Virus record (IMG/VR): IMGVR_UViG_3300024344_000004 | Coordinates: 237 to 64,236 of that record | DNA length: 64,000 nucleotides | Origin: a virus | Reading direction: 5' to 3' (one strand) | Part shown: piece after piece, positions 9,035 through 19,203 of the stretch | Numbering within the stretch: the first letter of the stretch is position 1 | Layout: every line of letters starts with the position of its first letter | Notes under the pieces: generated by a model | The model's database searches: none | Seen by the model: only the letters and a program-made list of their open reading frames with translations | Told to the model about the DNA's origin: nothing | Translations under genes and position numbers: made by a program

Positions 9035-12000
9035 CTAAGAGTTAATCAACTCCGTATTTGCATCTAAATCTCTTGTAAGTCTTACATCCCTATCGTCTGC
9101 GGTATCAGCATCTAACTGTTGAGCGTGGTCAATTGTAGGGAAATATTGATGTATGTCTCCAGTACAATTTATAACCTGACCTGTAACCTTTAATTCTTCG
9201 TTTGTAACATCTAAGTTTTCTATTTTACCTACGACTGAATAGTTATTACCTGAAAAGAAACCAGACTTTGCTGCTACTCCAGTAATTGTAGCTCCGGGAC
9301 CTGCTGTAAATGTTCTTCCAGTATAGTCTCCTGTCAGCCCATTTGTATGAGAAAATATTAAACTACCTGCGTCTATATTGAATGTAGTATTTGCATAGTG
9401 TATTGAACGTGGAGTTGTTAATGTTTGATTTTTTAAATCGAACCCTTCACCACTACTTATCGCAAAATATCCTGTACAAGTTATATCTCCAGTAGTTAAT
9501 AAATCATTGTGTTGTGTAATTAAATATTGGTAAGTACCACCGGGCATATCTGTAGAGCTAGGCCAATAAGTAATATATAAACCTGATAAATTTGCTCCCG
9601 CAGTGTGTGAACCGGTACCGTAGAATGTTATATCTGCATTATTTATATCGGTCAGAGTTCCTCCACCGTGTGTCAATAAATTATTAATTCGTGGTCTTCT
9701 TTCAGAACTACCTACACTGTTTATAGTTGTAGTTTTACCAGATGCAGCAACCTTAACGTTGTAATAGTCTGTAGATGTATCAGATATAGCCCATTCGCCA
9801 TCACCAGTAAAATCAAGAGTAGAAGTACCCATAGTAAATGTTCCTGCTCCTACCCAAGTTACACTATTTACAAGAGTTCCATTATTACTTCCAACTTCAT
9901 CATCAACATCTGTGCCTGTTCCTTCATCAAACTCGTAAGCTATTGCACAGTCTGTATTAGACGCTAAATTAGCATAGGTAGCAAACATATTAGCTCTCAG
10001 TTCGGATTGTGTTCTTTCATCAGTCCATATTCTTAACATAGCAAGCTCCCCCTCAAAAATTGATTGACCTGTTCTTATGTTTGTAGAACCATCTTGTCTA
10101 TTAACTCCAAAGTCAGGGAAAGCACCTGAAGTAGCTAAGGATACTCCGCTACCTAATTCAGTTTGTCCTTCCAGTTTACCATTTATGTAAAGTTTAACAT
10201 CACCGCCTGCTCCTGTGCAGACTATAGCAACGTGACTCCATTTTCCAGTAGGGCACGTTACAGTTATACTTTTATTATTTTCGTGTGAGTAAAATGTTAA
10301 ATTGTTTGAAGTAGTTTGATAAAGTTGCCACCTATTAGCTACACTTGCTTTGTAACCATTTATGACACCTCTACTATTAGCGTTAGTATTAGCGTCTGCA
10401 TACATCCAAAATTCAATTGTAGCATCTCCAGTTAGATTAACTAAATCATAAGGTACATCTAAAGCGTTTCCTGCTCCAGAAGGACTATCGCCGCCATCAG
10501 GGAATGACAAAGCACTCTTACCAATAAGACCACCACTCATAGTTAAATCTCCTGTTGCTGTAACTGTTGATGAATTACCATCAAGTGTTCCACCAGTAGC
10601 AACTTGAATATTATTAAATGTAGTATCGTGAAGCACATCTAAATCTCCTGAACCAATCAAACAAGTCCCAAAGACATTTTGACCTGCCCAAGTATCAAAT
10701 GCCCCACCATTAAAGAAAGCCGTATTCCATCCTCCGCCAGTAGCTCCCCAATAAATATTTCCTGAACCTGTTAATATTAAATCACTTGCACCAGAAATAT
10801 TCCTTGTTGTTCCTGTGGTATCTATATTATTTAGAACTGCTAATGATTTGTTACCTCCATCTGTTAAACTACCTATAATATCTAATTTACCACTTGTTTC
10901 AATCCTCTGTCCATTCAAATCCAATTCTGCTCCACTACTTACTGTTACGGCATCAAACTCTGCATCTCCTCCTAGCTTTATGTTAGTAGTTCCCATAGTT
11001 AAAGTGCCATCCCAATTGGTATCTGTAAGATTTAAATATGCTGTAGCACCGCCAGTGTCTCCTGATGCTCCACTAATACTACCGTTGTAATCTATTAATG
11101 CAGGAAGAGTAGGCCCACCATTACCAGTAATATGTGTTTGACCGTTTGTTCCTAAATTTAAAGCGTCATTTATTTCAAACTCACCAGCTCTTACTCCTGC
11201 TTTACCAATGTAAATATGACCGTCATTGTTAAGATACCAAGTTTGACCTGCTTTAGTTTGTAATTTATTTTCTACAGTGTATTTCTCATAAGAATCTACA
11301 TAACCGGAACCATCTTGTGTAAGATTATAAAAATGAGTCCCTGTTGATGCCGTGCCTCCTCGTAGGATAGTATTGACACCACCCATTTTAACTGTTCCAT
11401 CGTTGTGAACAAATGAAGTCGTTGGGTCTGTGCCATTGTTATCAAAGGTACCAGTAATAGTAGTAGTTCCGCTTGTTGCTACAAATGTTCCTCCACTTTC
11501 TGTTGTAAGTGAATTGAATGAATAAGCTCCTGTCTGGTTTGTTACACCTAATGTCCCCCCATCTTCAATAGTTACACCCCCTGTTACAGTCAATTCGGAA
11601 TTATTATAGTCATACCCGTGTAGTGTTCCTTCTTCGATTGTTAGGTCTCCAGCTATTGTGGTATTACCATTGTATTGTATTACACCACTTCCATCTTCAT
11701 TGACTATTAAATTATTAAGTCCAACACCGCTTGAAGGAATTAAATCTAAAAGTTTGTCTCCAGTTACAGAAGTATCTATTTTGACAGTTCCACTATTGTG
11801 GGTAAAAAGTCCTGCTATTTGTATTATATAATTAGAACTATTCTTGTTAGTAATAGTAGTAGTTCCTTGTGTTGCTTCATAAGTTCCATCTCCTCCAATT
11901 GTAAGACTTCCAAAAGTTGCTGTTTTAGTACTACTTGCACTAAATTTTAAATTACTTACTTCTGAATCACTACCTACATCTACTTTTCCTACTACTTCTA

Positions 12001-13801
12001 AATTGTGATTAGAACCTGCATTTAATATTCCACGAGATACGGTTAAATCATTATCTACTTTAACGTCTGTTCCATTATCTATAGATAGTGTTCTTGAATC
12101 TCCATTCATTTGTATAATTAAATTATGAAACGCATTGTTAGCGTGGCTTTCACTTCTCATAGACATTCTTGTATCAAAACCATTAAAATTAAATCTAACC
12201 GTTCCATTAGCATTATCAAAAGTATCTCCACCGTATTCTACTCTCCAAGCTTTGTTTGCACTATTATTGTACCCATTTATGGTCATAACACCAGTTGTCA
12301 TAGTAGCTTTAGCATTAGCACTTTGAGCCATATAAAGGCTTCCAACGGTATGAGTTCCTGTGCCGCCTACAAACGTTCCACCTATTTCTATATTCAAAGC
12401 ATAATCTGCTTGTTGTCTTGTCGTGCCTAAACTAACTGCTGAAGCATTACAAGTTAATGTTGCTTGGTCTGCTGCACCACTGTCTGGTCCTATCGTTGTA
12501 GTTCCTGTTACTGTAAGTGCGTGGTTTGTAGCATTCGTCGTATTTGTATTCAATATTCCTGACGTTATTGTAAGGTCTGCTCCTACTTTAATATGAAATC
12601 CAACACTAGTTAAACCTTGTAAAGTAGAACTAGTTTTTTCAAGAGTTAAGTTGTTAAATTGTGTAAAATTATCTGCTTGTTGACCTGTGCTGTATAAATT
12701 CTGGTCATTTGAACTTGTAAATTTAACTGTTCCACTTCCATTAGAATATGTATTGTAACCATTTTGTGTGTCTAATCTAAAAGCCGTACCTGCTCCTGAA
12801 CCATTAACTGCTCCTGTTATTGAAGTAACACCTGATGAAAGTGTAACATCTGCTCCTACTAAAAAATTAATACCTTGATATGAATGAGTTCCTGTTCCAC
12901 CGTCGTAAATGGATTTAGGTGTATAATTGCTACCACCACTATTCCAAGTTCCTTGTGTTTCTAATTTACCACTAACATTTACAACTGAAGCATAAGAAGT
13001 AAATTCTGCTTTTACATCCGTACCAGCACTTGCTGAAGGATGAAGTAATAAATCTCCACCTACATCTAAATCACATTCTTCTACAGAAGAGTATTTAGTT
13101 AAAAATCTACCTCCCCTTATAGTTAAATTATTTGCGACAGTTAATTTTCTTCTTGGGCCTGTAGCACCATTACCCCATAATTGTAATTTATTAGCACTAG
13201 CAGTCGAGTCCAAATATACGTTATAAAGTGTAATATCGGCTCCGTATAATAAAATAATAGAATTGCTATAATTATCAACATCGAATATAACAGTTCCATT
13301 ACTATGTGCTAATGTTCCTGCTGAAGTCTTTTGTAAAATACCTGCTGAAGAAGATGTCTCTGCACCATTTAAAGTCATGGTTCCTTGTGTTAAATTACAA
13401 GTTCCGCCATTTACTTTGATACAACCAATAGTATGAAGACCATCTCCACCATTGAAAGTTCCATTTGTTACTTGAAGTGTATAAACAGCACTTGTAACTC
13501 CATCTCCTATTTTTACAGTAGAGCCATTTGCATTAAATACTCCAGAAGATTGAAGATACATTTGCTCATCAACTGTTAAAGCATAATCATTACTTGAGTC
13601 TGTATCTAAAGTTCCACCACCGTTAAAGGTGATTTTATCACAGCGTGCTGCTGCATTTAATGTTACAGTACCTGAATTACCATCAAAATAAACATCATCC
13701 CCATCAACGGGAACTGATTCACCAGTAGTCCCTCCTGAGGTAGCTGACCATGTAGAAGTGTCGTTCCAGTTGCCTGTGCCTACTGCATATCTATCTGCCA
13801 T
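9035..13801 (-). CDS. Giant beta-helical adhesin/fibre with a LamG (ConA-like) domain
   Basis: 1588 aa G/T/S/N-rich beta repeats; GNW..TSTW...VP..GDDV.F start; LamG motif TIEFWM...WSHVAIV...LYING...GELAMLRIW. Confidence 0.75.
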   Translation of the reverse strand: MADRYAVGTGNWNDTSTWSATSGGTTGESVPVDGDDVYFDGNSGTVTLNAAARCDKITFNGGGTLDTDSSNDYALTVDEQMYLQSSGVFNANGSTVKIGDGVTSAVYTLQVTNGTFNGGDGLHTIGCIKVNGGTCNLTQGTMTLNGAETSSSAGILQKTSAGTLAHSNGTVIFDVDNYSNSIILLYGADITLYNVYLDSTASANKLQLWGNGATGPRRKLTVANNLTIRGGRFLTKYSSVEECDLDVGGDLLLHPSASAGTDVKAEFTSYASVVNVSGKLETQGTWNSGGSNYTPKSIYDGGTGTHSYQGINFLVGADVTLSSGVTSITGAVNGSGAGTAFRLDTQNGYNTYSNGSGTVKFTSSNDQNLYSTGQQADNFTQFNNLTLEKTSSTLQGLTSVGFHIKVGADLTITSGILNTNTTNATNHALTVTGTTTIGPDSGAADQATLTCNASAVSLGTTRQQADYALNIEIGGTFVGGTGTHTVGSLYMAQSANAKATMTTGVMTINGYNNSANKAWRVEYGGDTFDNANGTVRFNFNGFDTRMSMRSESHANNAFHNLIIQMNGDSRTLSIDNGTDVKVDNDLTVSRGILNAGSNHNLEVVGKVDVGSDSEVSNLKFSASSTKTATFGSLTIGGDGTYEATQGTTTITNKNSSNYIIQIAGLFTHNSGTVKIDTSVTGDKLLDLIPSSGVGLNNLIVNEDGSGVIQYNGNTTIAGDLTIEEGTLHGYDYNNSELTVTGGVTIEDGGTLGVTNQTGAYSFNSLTTESGGTFVATSGTTTITGTFDNNGTDPTTSFVHNDGTVKMGGVNTILRGGTASTGTHFYNLTQDGSGYVDSYEKYTVENKLQTKAGQTWYLNNDGHIYIGKAGVRAGEFEINDALNLGTNGQTHITGNGGPTLPALIDYNGSISGASGDTGGATAYLNLTDTNWDGTLTMGTTNIKLGGDAEFDAVTVSSGAELDLNGQRIETSGKLDIIGSLTDGGNKSLAVLNNIDTTGTTRNISGASDLILTGSGNIYWGATGGGWNTAFFNGGAFDTWAGQNVFGTCLIGSGDLDVLHDTTFNNIQVATGGTLDGNSSTVTATGDLTMSGGLIGKSALSFPDGGDSPSGAGNALDVPYDLVNLTGDATIEFWMYADANTNANSRGVINGYKASVANRWQLYQTTSNNLTFYSHENNKSITVTCPTGKWSHVAIVCTGAGGDVKLYINGKLEGQTELGSGVSLATSGAFPDFGVNRQDGSTNIRTGQSIFEGELAMLRIWTDERTQSELRANMFATYANLASNTDCAIAYEFDEGTGTDVDDEVGSNNGTLVNSVTWVGAGTFTMGTSTLDFTGDGEWAISDTSTDYYNVKVAASGKTTTINSVGSSERRPRINNLLTHGGGTLTDINNADITFYGTGSHTAGANLSGLYITYWPSSTDMPGGTYQYLITQHNDLLTTGDITCTGYFAISSGEGFDLKNQTLTTPRSIHYANTTFNIDAGSLIFSHTNGLTGDYTGRTFTAGPGATITGVAAKSGFFSGNNYSVVGKIENLDVTNEELKVTGQVINCTGDIHQYFPTIDHAQQLDADTADDRDVRLTRDLDANTELINS

Positions 13802-13806
13802 CTAAC

Positions 13807-14175
13807 CTAAGCCTGTCTTAGCATTGCCCAATCATGGGATAAAGAAGCATGTGTAGCGTCAGGATTGATTGTAACTCCACACCAGTATAATCCAGTTGTA
13901 GAGATTGCTTTAAGTGAACTTGTTGAGCCACTTACTACAATATTATCTCCTATCTGCGTCCATTCTCCAGCATCTGCTAGAGTTCCGGATGTGGTAGCTA
14001 ATCTACCCCAAACTTGAATTACATCTGTATTACCACCTGTAGTATCATTATTTATAAATTGAAATGATAAACGGTCTTCGTTTTTAACGTTCACTGGACC
14101 TATGAGTTCTACTTGAGAAGTAGAGCTTCCTGTATAAGTGCCTGTGGTTAGTATTGCTGATTTAAAATTTGCCAT
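13807..14175 (-). CDS. Small beta-rich virion protein
   Basis: 122 aa beta-rich, between the collagen-like and adhesin genes. Confidence 0.45.
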   Translation of the reverse strand: MANFKSAILTTGTYTGSSTSQVELIGPVNVKNEDRLSFQFINNDTTGGNTDVIQVWGRLATTSGTLADAGEWTQIGDNIVVSGSTSSLKAISTTGLYWCGVTINPDATHASLSHDWAMLRQA

Positions 14176-14260
14176 ATTGTATACCTCACTTCGCTGGCTC
14201 GCGCCATACGTTGTATATATTATAAAAATAAACAGTAATAGTATTTAAAGGTTTCTATGA

Positions 14261-17200
14261 TTATGGTGACCATGAAGGCCAAGCACGTAAAGCACCGCCT
14301 ACTGTAGCAGTTAAATATCCATTAGGTACACCTACGGTTGCCATGTCATACATTTCTACAGGTGCTCCAGATGGGAAATATGTTATAGGACCTCCACCAA
14401 CGTCTGTTAGTGCTGAACCACCTGCACCTGCGTGTGAAATAGTAGTACCTCCACCACCACCGCCACCGGTTGCTCCTGTAGTTCCTTGATTACCTTGATT
14501 TCCAGTAGTTCCTGTACTTCCCTGAGTTCCTGTATTACCTGTAGTTCCTTGATTACCAGTACCTGTAGTTCCTTGTCTGCCTTGAACACCCTGACGTCCT
14601 TGTGTACCTTGACGACCTTGTGTGCCTTGTTCTCCAGTAGTTCCTTGGTTACCGGTATTACCTGTATTACCTGTATTACCAGTATCTCCCTTTTCTCCTT
14701 GAATACCTTGACGTCCTTGTACACCCTGACGACCTTGTTCACCTTGACGACCTTGTGTGCCTTGTTCTCCGTCAGTACCTTGTTCACCGGTAGTTCCTTG
14801 AGTACCACCACCACCACCGCCACCAGAATTACCTTGTCTTCCTTGTATTCCTTGTTCCCCATCAGTACCTTGATTTCCAGTACCAGTAGTTCCTTGATTA
14901 CCGATTGTACCTTGGTTACCTGTATTACCTGTAGTTCCTGTATTTCCTGTATCTCCCTTTTCTCCTTGCCTACCTTGTACACCCTGACGACCTTGTTCGC
15001 CTTGACGACCTTGTGTACCTTGTTCTCCAATAGTTCCTTGTCTACCCTGAGAACCTTGAGTACCACCACCACCGCCACCACCAGCAGTACCTTGTGTACC
15101 TTGGTTACCAGCTTGTACAAATGTTATAACACAATCATCACCATTACTAAAATAACTACTATTAGCTACATATTGAACTTGAACTTCTTCATAAGCAGTG
15201 GAACCACCACCACCTGCTACATTTGCACCCGTAATATTAAATGTAACCCATGTAGTAGAATCATCTGTTTTAAATATTCTTAAATGACCTCTCACTGCAC
15301 CTGTTCCATCATCTAATGAATCGTTCCAAGCACTAACATCTACAGAGTTAATATCTAAATCTGAAATACCTACTTTACTTATTAAACCATAATTAGGAAC
15401 ACCACCACCACCGGGTACCGCAAGGTTAAATCCAAAGTTAGTTGCACCGGGTGAACCAGCACTAATATCAAAACTACTATAATTAAATTCTATACTATTA
15501 CCACCAAACAATCCATCAGTACCTTGTGAACCTGTGTTACCTTGTCTACCTTGAACACCCTGACGTCCTTGTGTACCTTGTCGACCTTGTGTGCCTTGTT
15601 CTCCAGTAGTTCCTTGGTTTCCAGTACCACCATCAGAACCATCAGTACCTTGATTACCTGTAGTACCAACATTTCCTTGTCTACCTTGAACACCTTGACG
15701 ACCTTGTTCTCCTTGTCTTCCTTGTGCACCTTGTTCACCATCAGTACCTTGGTTTCCAGTACCACCATCAGAACCATCAGTACCTTGATTACCTGTAGTA
15801 CCAACATTTCCTTGTCTACCTTGAATACCCTGACGTCCTTGTGTACCTTGTTCACCATCAGTACCTTGTTCTCCATCAGTACCTTGATTACCTGTATTAC
15901 CTGTGTTACCAGTATCTCCTTTTTCTCCTTGAATACCTTGACGTCCTTGTTCACCTTGACGTCCTTGTATACCTTGTTCACCATCAGTACCTTGTTCTCC
16001 ATCCGTACCTTGATTACCAATTGTACCAGTAGTTCCTTGATTACCAGTTGTACCAGTAGTTCCTTGAGTACCAGTTGTACCTTGGTTACCTACACCTCCA
16101 GTATCACCAGTATCTCCCTTTTCTCCTTGAATACCTTGACGTCCTTGTTCACCTTGACGTCCTTGTTCTCCTTGTATACCTTGTTCTCCGTCAGTACCTT
16201 GTTCACCGGTAGTTCCTTGACTACCACCACCACCACCGCCACCAGCATTACCTTGTCTTCCTTGTATTCCTTGTTCCCCATCAGTACCTTGATTTCCAGT
16301 ACCAGTAGTTCCTTGATTACCGATTGTCCCATCAGTACCTTGTTCACCTATAGTTCCTTGATTACCAATTGTACCAACATCTCCTTGACGTCCCTGTACA
16401 CCTTGACGACCTTGTTCTCCTTGTCTTCCTTGTTCACCATCAGTACCTTGTTCTCCATCAGTACCTTGATTACCAATTGTACCAACATCTCCTTGACGTC
16501 CCTGTATACCCTGACGTCCTTGTTCACCTTGTCTTCCTTGTATACCTTGTTCTCCGTCAGTACCTTGTTCACCATCAGTACCTTGTTCTCCATCCGTACC
16601 TTGATTACCAATTGTACCAGTAGTTCCTTGATTACCAGTTGTACCAGTAGTTCCTTGATTACCAGCTTGTACAAATGTTATAACGCAATCATCACCATTA
16701 CTAAAGGTACCATTATTATCAACAAACTGTACTTGTACTTCTTCGTATGCTGTGACTCCTGTACCTCCAGCTACATTTGAACCTGTAATATTAAATGTAA
16801 TAAATACTGTAGAATCATCTGTTTTAAATATTCTTAAATGTCCGCGGGGAGAGCCTGAACCATCATCTAATGAATCATTCCAATCTGAAACATCCGTACC
16901 ATTAATATCAAAATCAGATATACCAACTTTAGTTGTTGAACTGTAACTTGGTATTCCTCCTCCTCCGGGTACTGGTATATTAAAACCAAAATTAGTTTGA
17001 CCCGGAGAACCAGCACTAATGTCAAAACTACTATAATTAAATTCTATACTGTTTCCACCAAATAATCCTGTAGTTCCCTGTATACCCTGACGTCCTTGTT
17101 CACCTTGTCTTCCTTGTATACCCTGACGTCCTTGTTCACCTTGTCTTCCTTGTATACCTTGTTCTCCGTCAGTACCTTGTTCACCTATAGTTCCTTGATT

Positions 17201-17575
17201 ACCAATTGTACCAACATCTCCTTGACGTCCCTGTACACCTTGACGACCTTGTTCTCCTTGTCTTCCTTGTTCACCATCAGTACCTTGTTCTCCATCAGTA
17301 CCTTGATTACCAATTGTACCAACATCTCCTTGACGTCCCTGTATACCCTGACGTCCTTGTTCACCTTGTCTTCCTTGTATACCTTGTTCTCCGTCAGTAC
17401 CTTGTTCACCTGTAGTTCCTTGATTACCAGTAGAACCTTGTGCACCGGTTCCTCCAGTACCTTGTCTACCTTGTGTACCTTGTGTTCCCTGAGTAATAGA
17501 TTCTATTTCTTGAATCCTCTTTTTTCCCACTGCATTGTGGGGTAAACTGTTTAGTACTCTACGGTAAGACGGCAT
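14261..17575 (-). CDS. Collagen-like (Gly-X-Y) fibre protein with two copies of a globular domain
   Basis: Long GTQ/GEQ/GRQ/GNQ/GTD triplet runs, poly-Gly hinges, duplicated GLFGGNSIEFNYSSFDISAGSPG...CVITFVQAG domain. Confidence 0.9.
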   Translation of the reverse strand: MPSYRRVLNSLPHNAVGKKRIQEIESITQGTQGTQGRQGTGGTGAQGSTGNQGTTGEQGTDGEQGIQGRQGEQGRQGIQGRQGDVGTIGNQGTDGEQGTDGEQGRQGEQGRQGVQGRQGDVGTIGNQGTIGEQGTDGEQGIQGRQGEQGRQGIQGRQGEQGRQGIQGTTGLFGGNSIEFNYSSFDISAGSPGQTNFGFNIPVPGGGGIPSYSSTTKVGISDFDINGTDVSDWNDSLDDGSGSPRGHLRIFKTDDSTVFITFNITGSNVAGGTGVTAYEEVQVQFVDNNGTFSNGDDCVITFVQAGNQGTTGTTGNQGTTGTIGNQGTDGEQGTDGEQGTDGEQGIQGRQGEQGRQGIQGRQGDVGTIGNQGTDGEQGTDGEQGRQGEQGRQGVQGRQGDVGTIGNQGTIGEQGTDGTIGNQGTTGTGNQGTDGEQGIQGRQGNAGGGGGGGSQGTTGEQGTDGEQGIQGEQGRQGEQGRQGIQGEKGDTGDTGGVGNQGTTGTQGTTGTTGNQGTTGTIGNQGTDGEQGTDGEQGIQGRQGEQGRQGIQGEKGDTGNTGNTGNQGTDGEQGTDGEQGTQGRQGIQGRQGNVGTTGNQGTDGSDGGTGNQGTDGEQGAQGRQGEQGRQGVQGRQGNVGTTGNQGTDGSDGGTGNQGTTGEQGTQGRQGTQGRQGVQGRQGNTGSQGTDGLFGGNSIEFNYSSFDISAGSPGATNFGFNLAVPGGGGVPNYGLISKVGISDLDINSVDVSAWNDSLDDGTGAVRGHLRIFKTDDSTTWVTFNITGANVAGGGGSTAYEEVQVQYVANSSYFSNGDDCVITFVQAGNQGTQGTAGGGGGGGTQGSQGRQGTIGEQGTQGRQGEQGRQGVQGRQGEKGDTGNTGTTGNTGNQGTIGNQGTTGTGNQGTDGEQGIQGRQGNSGGGGGGGTQGTTGEQGTDGEQGTQGRQGEQGRQGVQGRQGIQGEKGDTGNTGNTGNTGNQGTTGEQGTQGRQGTQGRQGVQGRQGTTGTGNQGTTGNTGTQGSTGTTGNQGNQGTTGATGGGGGGGTTISHAGAGGSALTDVGGGPITYFPSGAPVEMYDMATVGVPNGYLTATVGGALRAWPSWSP

Positions 17576-17598
17576 AAAAAATAATCCTAAATCTTAGT

Positions 17599-17619
17599 GA
17601 GGGGATTAAGGTTCCCCTC
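17599..17619 (-). terminator. Hairpin downstream of major capsid gene
   Basis: GAGGGGA/TCCCCTC 7-bp stem in the MCP-collagen intergenic region. Confidence 0.55.
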
Positions 17620-17651
17620 GGACCTTATCTATTAAAATTAAACAATTAACT

Positions 17652-18794
17652 TTAACTGATGACGATTTGACCGGCTTCTGGTCTAACGACCTTCAATCCG
17701 TATCTCATGGACATGTAAGAACCAACAATTCCGAATCCCGGATTTGCTTCTTCTACAGTCAATGGTCTTCTCTCTACGTAAGCCATTGGCTTAACGGAAA
17801 GGTCAAAGACACCAAATCTTCCGCTTGGAACCCATGCGTTCACTACAACGTTTAGACCGTAGAGATTTCCTACTAATCCTCCTGTTGATAGCATTTGACC
17901 GAATGGTCCACTTCCTGCGGCGGTAGGCATAACGTTTCCACCATCTGCTGCTGTAACTGATTGAGCTGTGGTGAATACACTAGCGAAATCTGCCATCTTC
18001 AACATATTCTCGTATTGAGCTGGATTAATGAACATGTGTGTTGCATTGTATCCGTGCTTAGACATACGTGAAATTGAAGCGGCGACGTCACTTAATGTAA
18101 ATGAGTCAGTTCCTGTGGATGTAGCTGCGTTGTATGAAGCTGCTCCAGATAGGATGGTTACGCCTTGATTTGCGTAGTCGTCTAATCTGCTTGCAGTTCC
18201 TGTCAATGTAGCTTTTGCTCCAAGGAAACCACCGTTTTCTGCCTTACTGAAATCAGATATGTTTGATTCGTCGGAAGTAGCTGCTGCGTATGAACCACCA
18301 GATTGTGGGGTAATTGTGGAGTAAGCTCCTCCAGACAATACACCAGTTTGTAGAGTTGCGTCACCGATACCAAATATTACGTTAGTAACGTGTTGGGTCA
18401 TGTGCCTGTCTACAGCTCTGCGGGCTTCATTCAAAGCCATTTCTACTTCGTTGAATCTTGAATCTTCAATCATTCTTCGGGTTACACCAATTGCTATACC
18501 CCACTCTTTAACTGCTACTCTCTCGGAGCGTAGTTTTGTGTGTTGGTATTGCGGAGTTGTACCTTCTTCTAGTTGTTCTAGCTTCATGCTAGGTTTGCCG
18601 AAAGTAATATCAATATTACCCCCTGTATCAGTAGACATTGGGTCTGCAAAGAATTGCATAACTGGAAGGTCTGCGACCTTGTAATCAATAATTGCGTCTT
18701 TGTAGTCAATGAGTACTCTTTCACCTGTTCCACCAGTGTTGGCGTAGGAACCTGTGTTCAGGGTTGTCAATAGACCGGGAGTTGCGTCGACCAT
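17652..18794 (-). CDS. Major capsid protein (HK97 fold)
   Basis: 380 aa after protease and decoration genes; EQLEEGTTPQY, VKEWGIAIGVTRRMIEDS, YMSMRYGLKVVRPEA patterns. Confidence 0.9.
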   Translation of the reverse strand: MVDATPGLLTTLNTGSYANTGGTGERVLIDYKDAIIDYKVADLPVMQFFADPMSTDTGGNIDITFGKPSMKLEQLEEGTTPQYQHTKLRSERVAVKEWGIAIGVTRRMIEDSRFNEVEMALNEARRAVDRHMTQHVTNVIFGIGDATLQTGVLSGGAYSTITPQSGGSYAAATSDESNISDFSKAENGGFLGAKATLTGTASRLDDYANQGVTILSGAASYNAATSTGTDSFTLSDVAASISRMSKHGYNATHMFINPAQYENMLKMADFASVFTTAQSVTAADGGNVMPTAAGSGPFGQMLSTGGLVGNLYGLNVVVNAWVPSGRFGVFDLSVKPMAYVERRPLTVEEANPGFGIVGSYMSMRYGLKVVRPEAGQIVIS

Positions 18795-18805
18795 AGTTTA
18801 TCTCC

Positions 18806-19201
18806 TTAGAGAGTCTGACACTTGGTCAGTCCTGCTCCACTGTTGTTTTCTAATGTGACGGCTTGAGCTTTTGGTGCAGTTGCTGCGTTTGTAGCTGTGA
18901 CCAATTCTCCGGGCGTTGCTGCCCCCATCATCATAATGATACCTGCATTGACGTTAGCACATGCAATGTTTAGAATTACTCCAACACCTGTTACTAGAGA
19001 CACTATTGCTCCAGCGTCGGCATCGACTAATGCTATTCCTGCGTATGCAAACTTAGCGGCGGCGTCACCTGTATCTGCTAGCTGCAATTTACCATTGGCA
19101 TCAACGGTACATGCAGAGCCGGCGGTTATTGCTTCAGCTGCTTCGTATGGTAAAATACGAGCTGGAGCTCCACCATCGTTAATTAAAATTTCTGTTGCCA
19201 T
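18806..19201 (-). CDS. Capsid decoration/cement protein
   Basis: 131 aa Ala/Gly-rich (AAEAITAGSAC...GIALVDADAG) between scaffold and MCP. Confidence 0.7.
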   Translation of the reverse strand: MATEILINDGGAPARILPYEAAEAITAGSACTVDANGKLQLADTGDAAAKFAYAGIALVDADAGAIVSLVTGVGVILNIACANVNAGIIMMMGAATPGELVTATNAATAPKAQAVTLENNSGAGLTKCQTL

Positions 19202-19203
19202 AT

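Noticed and set aside
9035-13801. Diversity-generating retroelement target in the adhesin
   Set aside because: No reverse transcriptase and no TR/VR repeat pair seen
14407-17545. Many long alternative-frame and antisense ORFs over the collagen gene
   Set aside because: Shadow ORFs produced by the 9-bp Gly-X-Y periodicity; low-complexity translations
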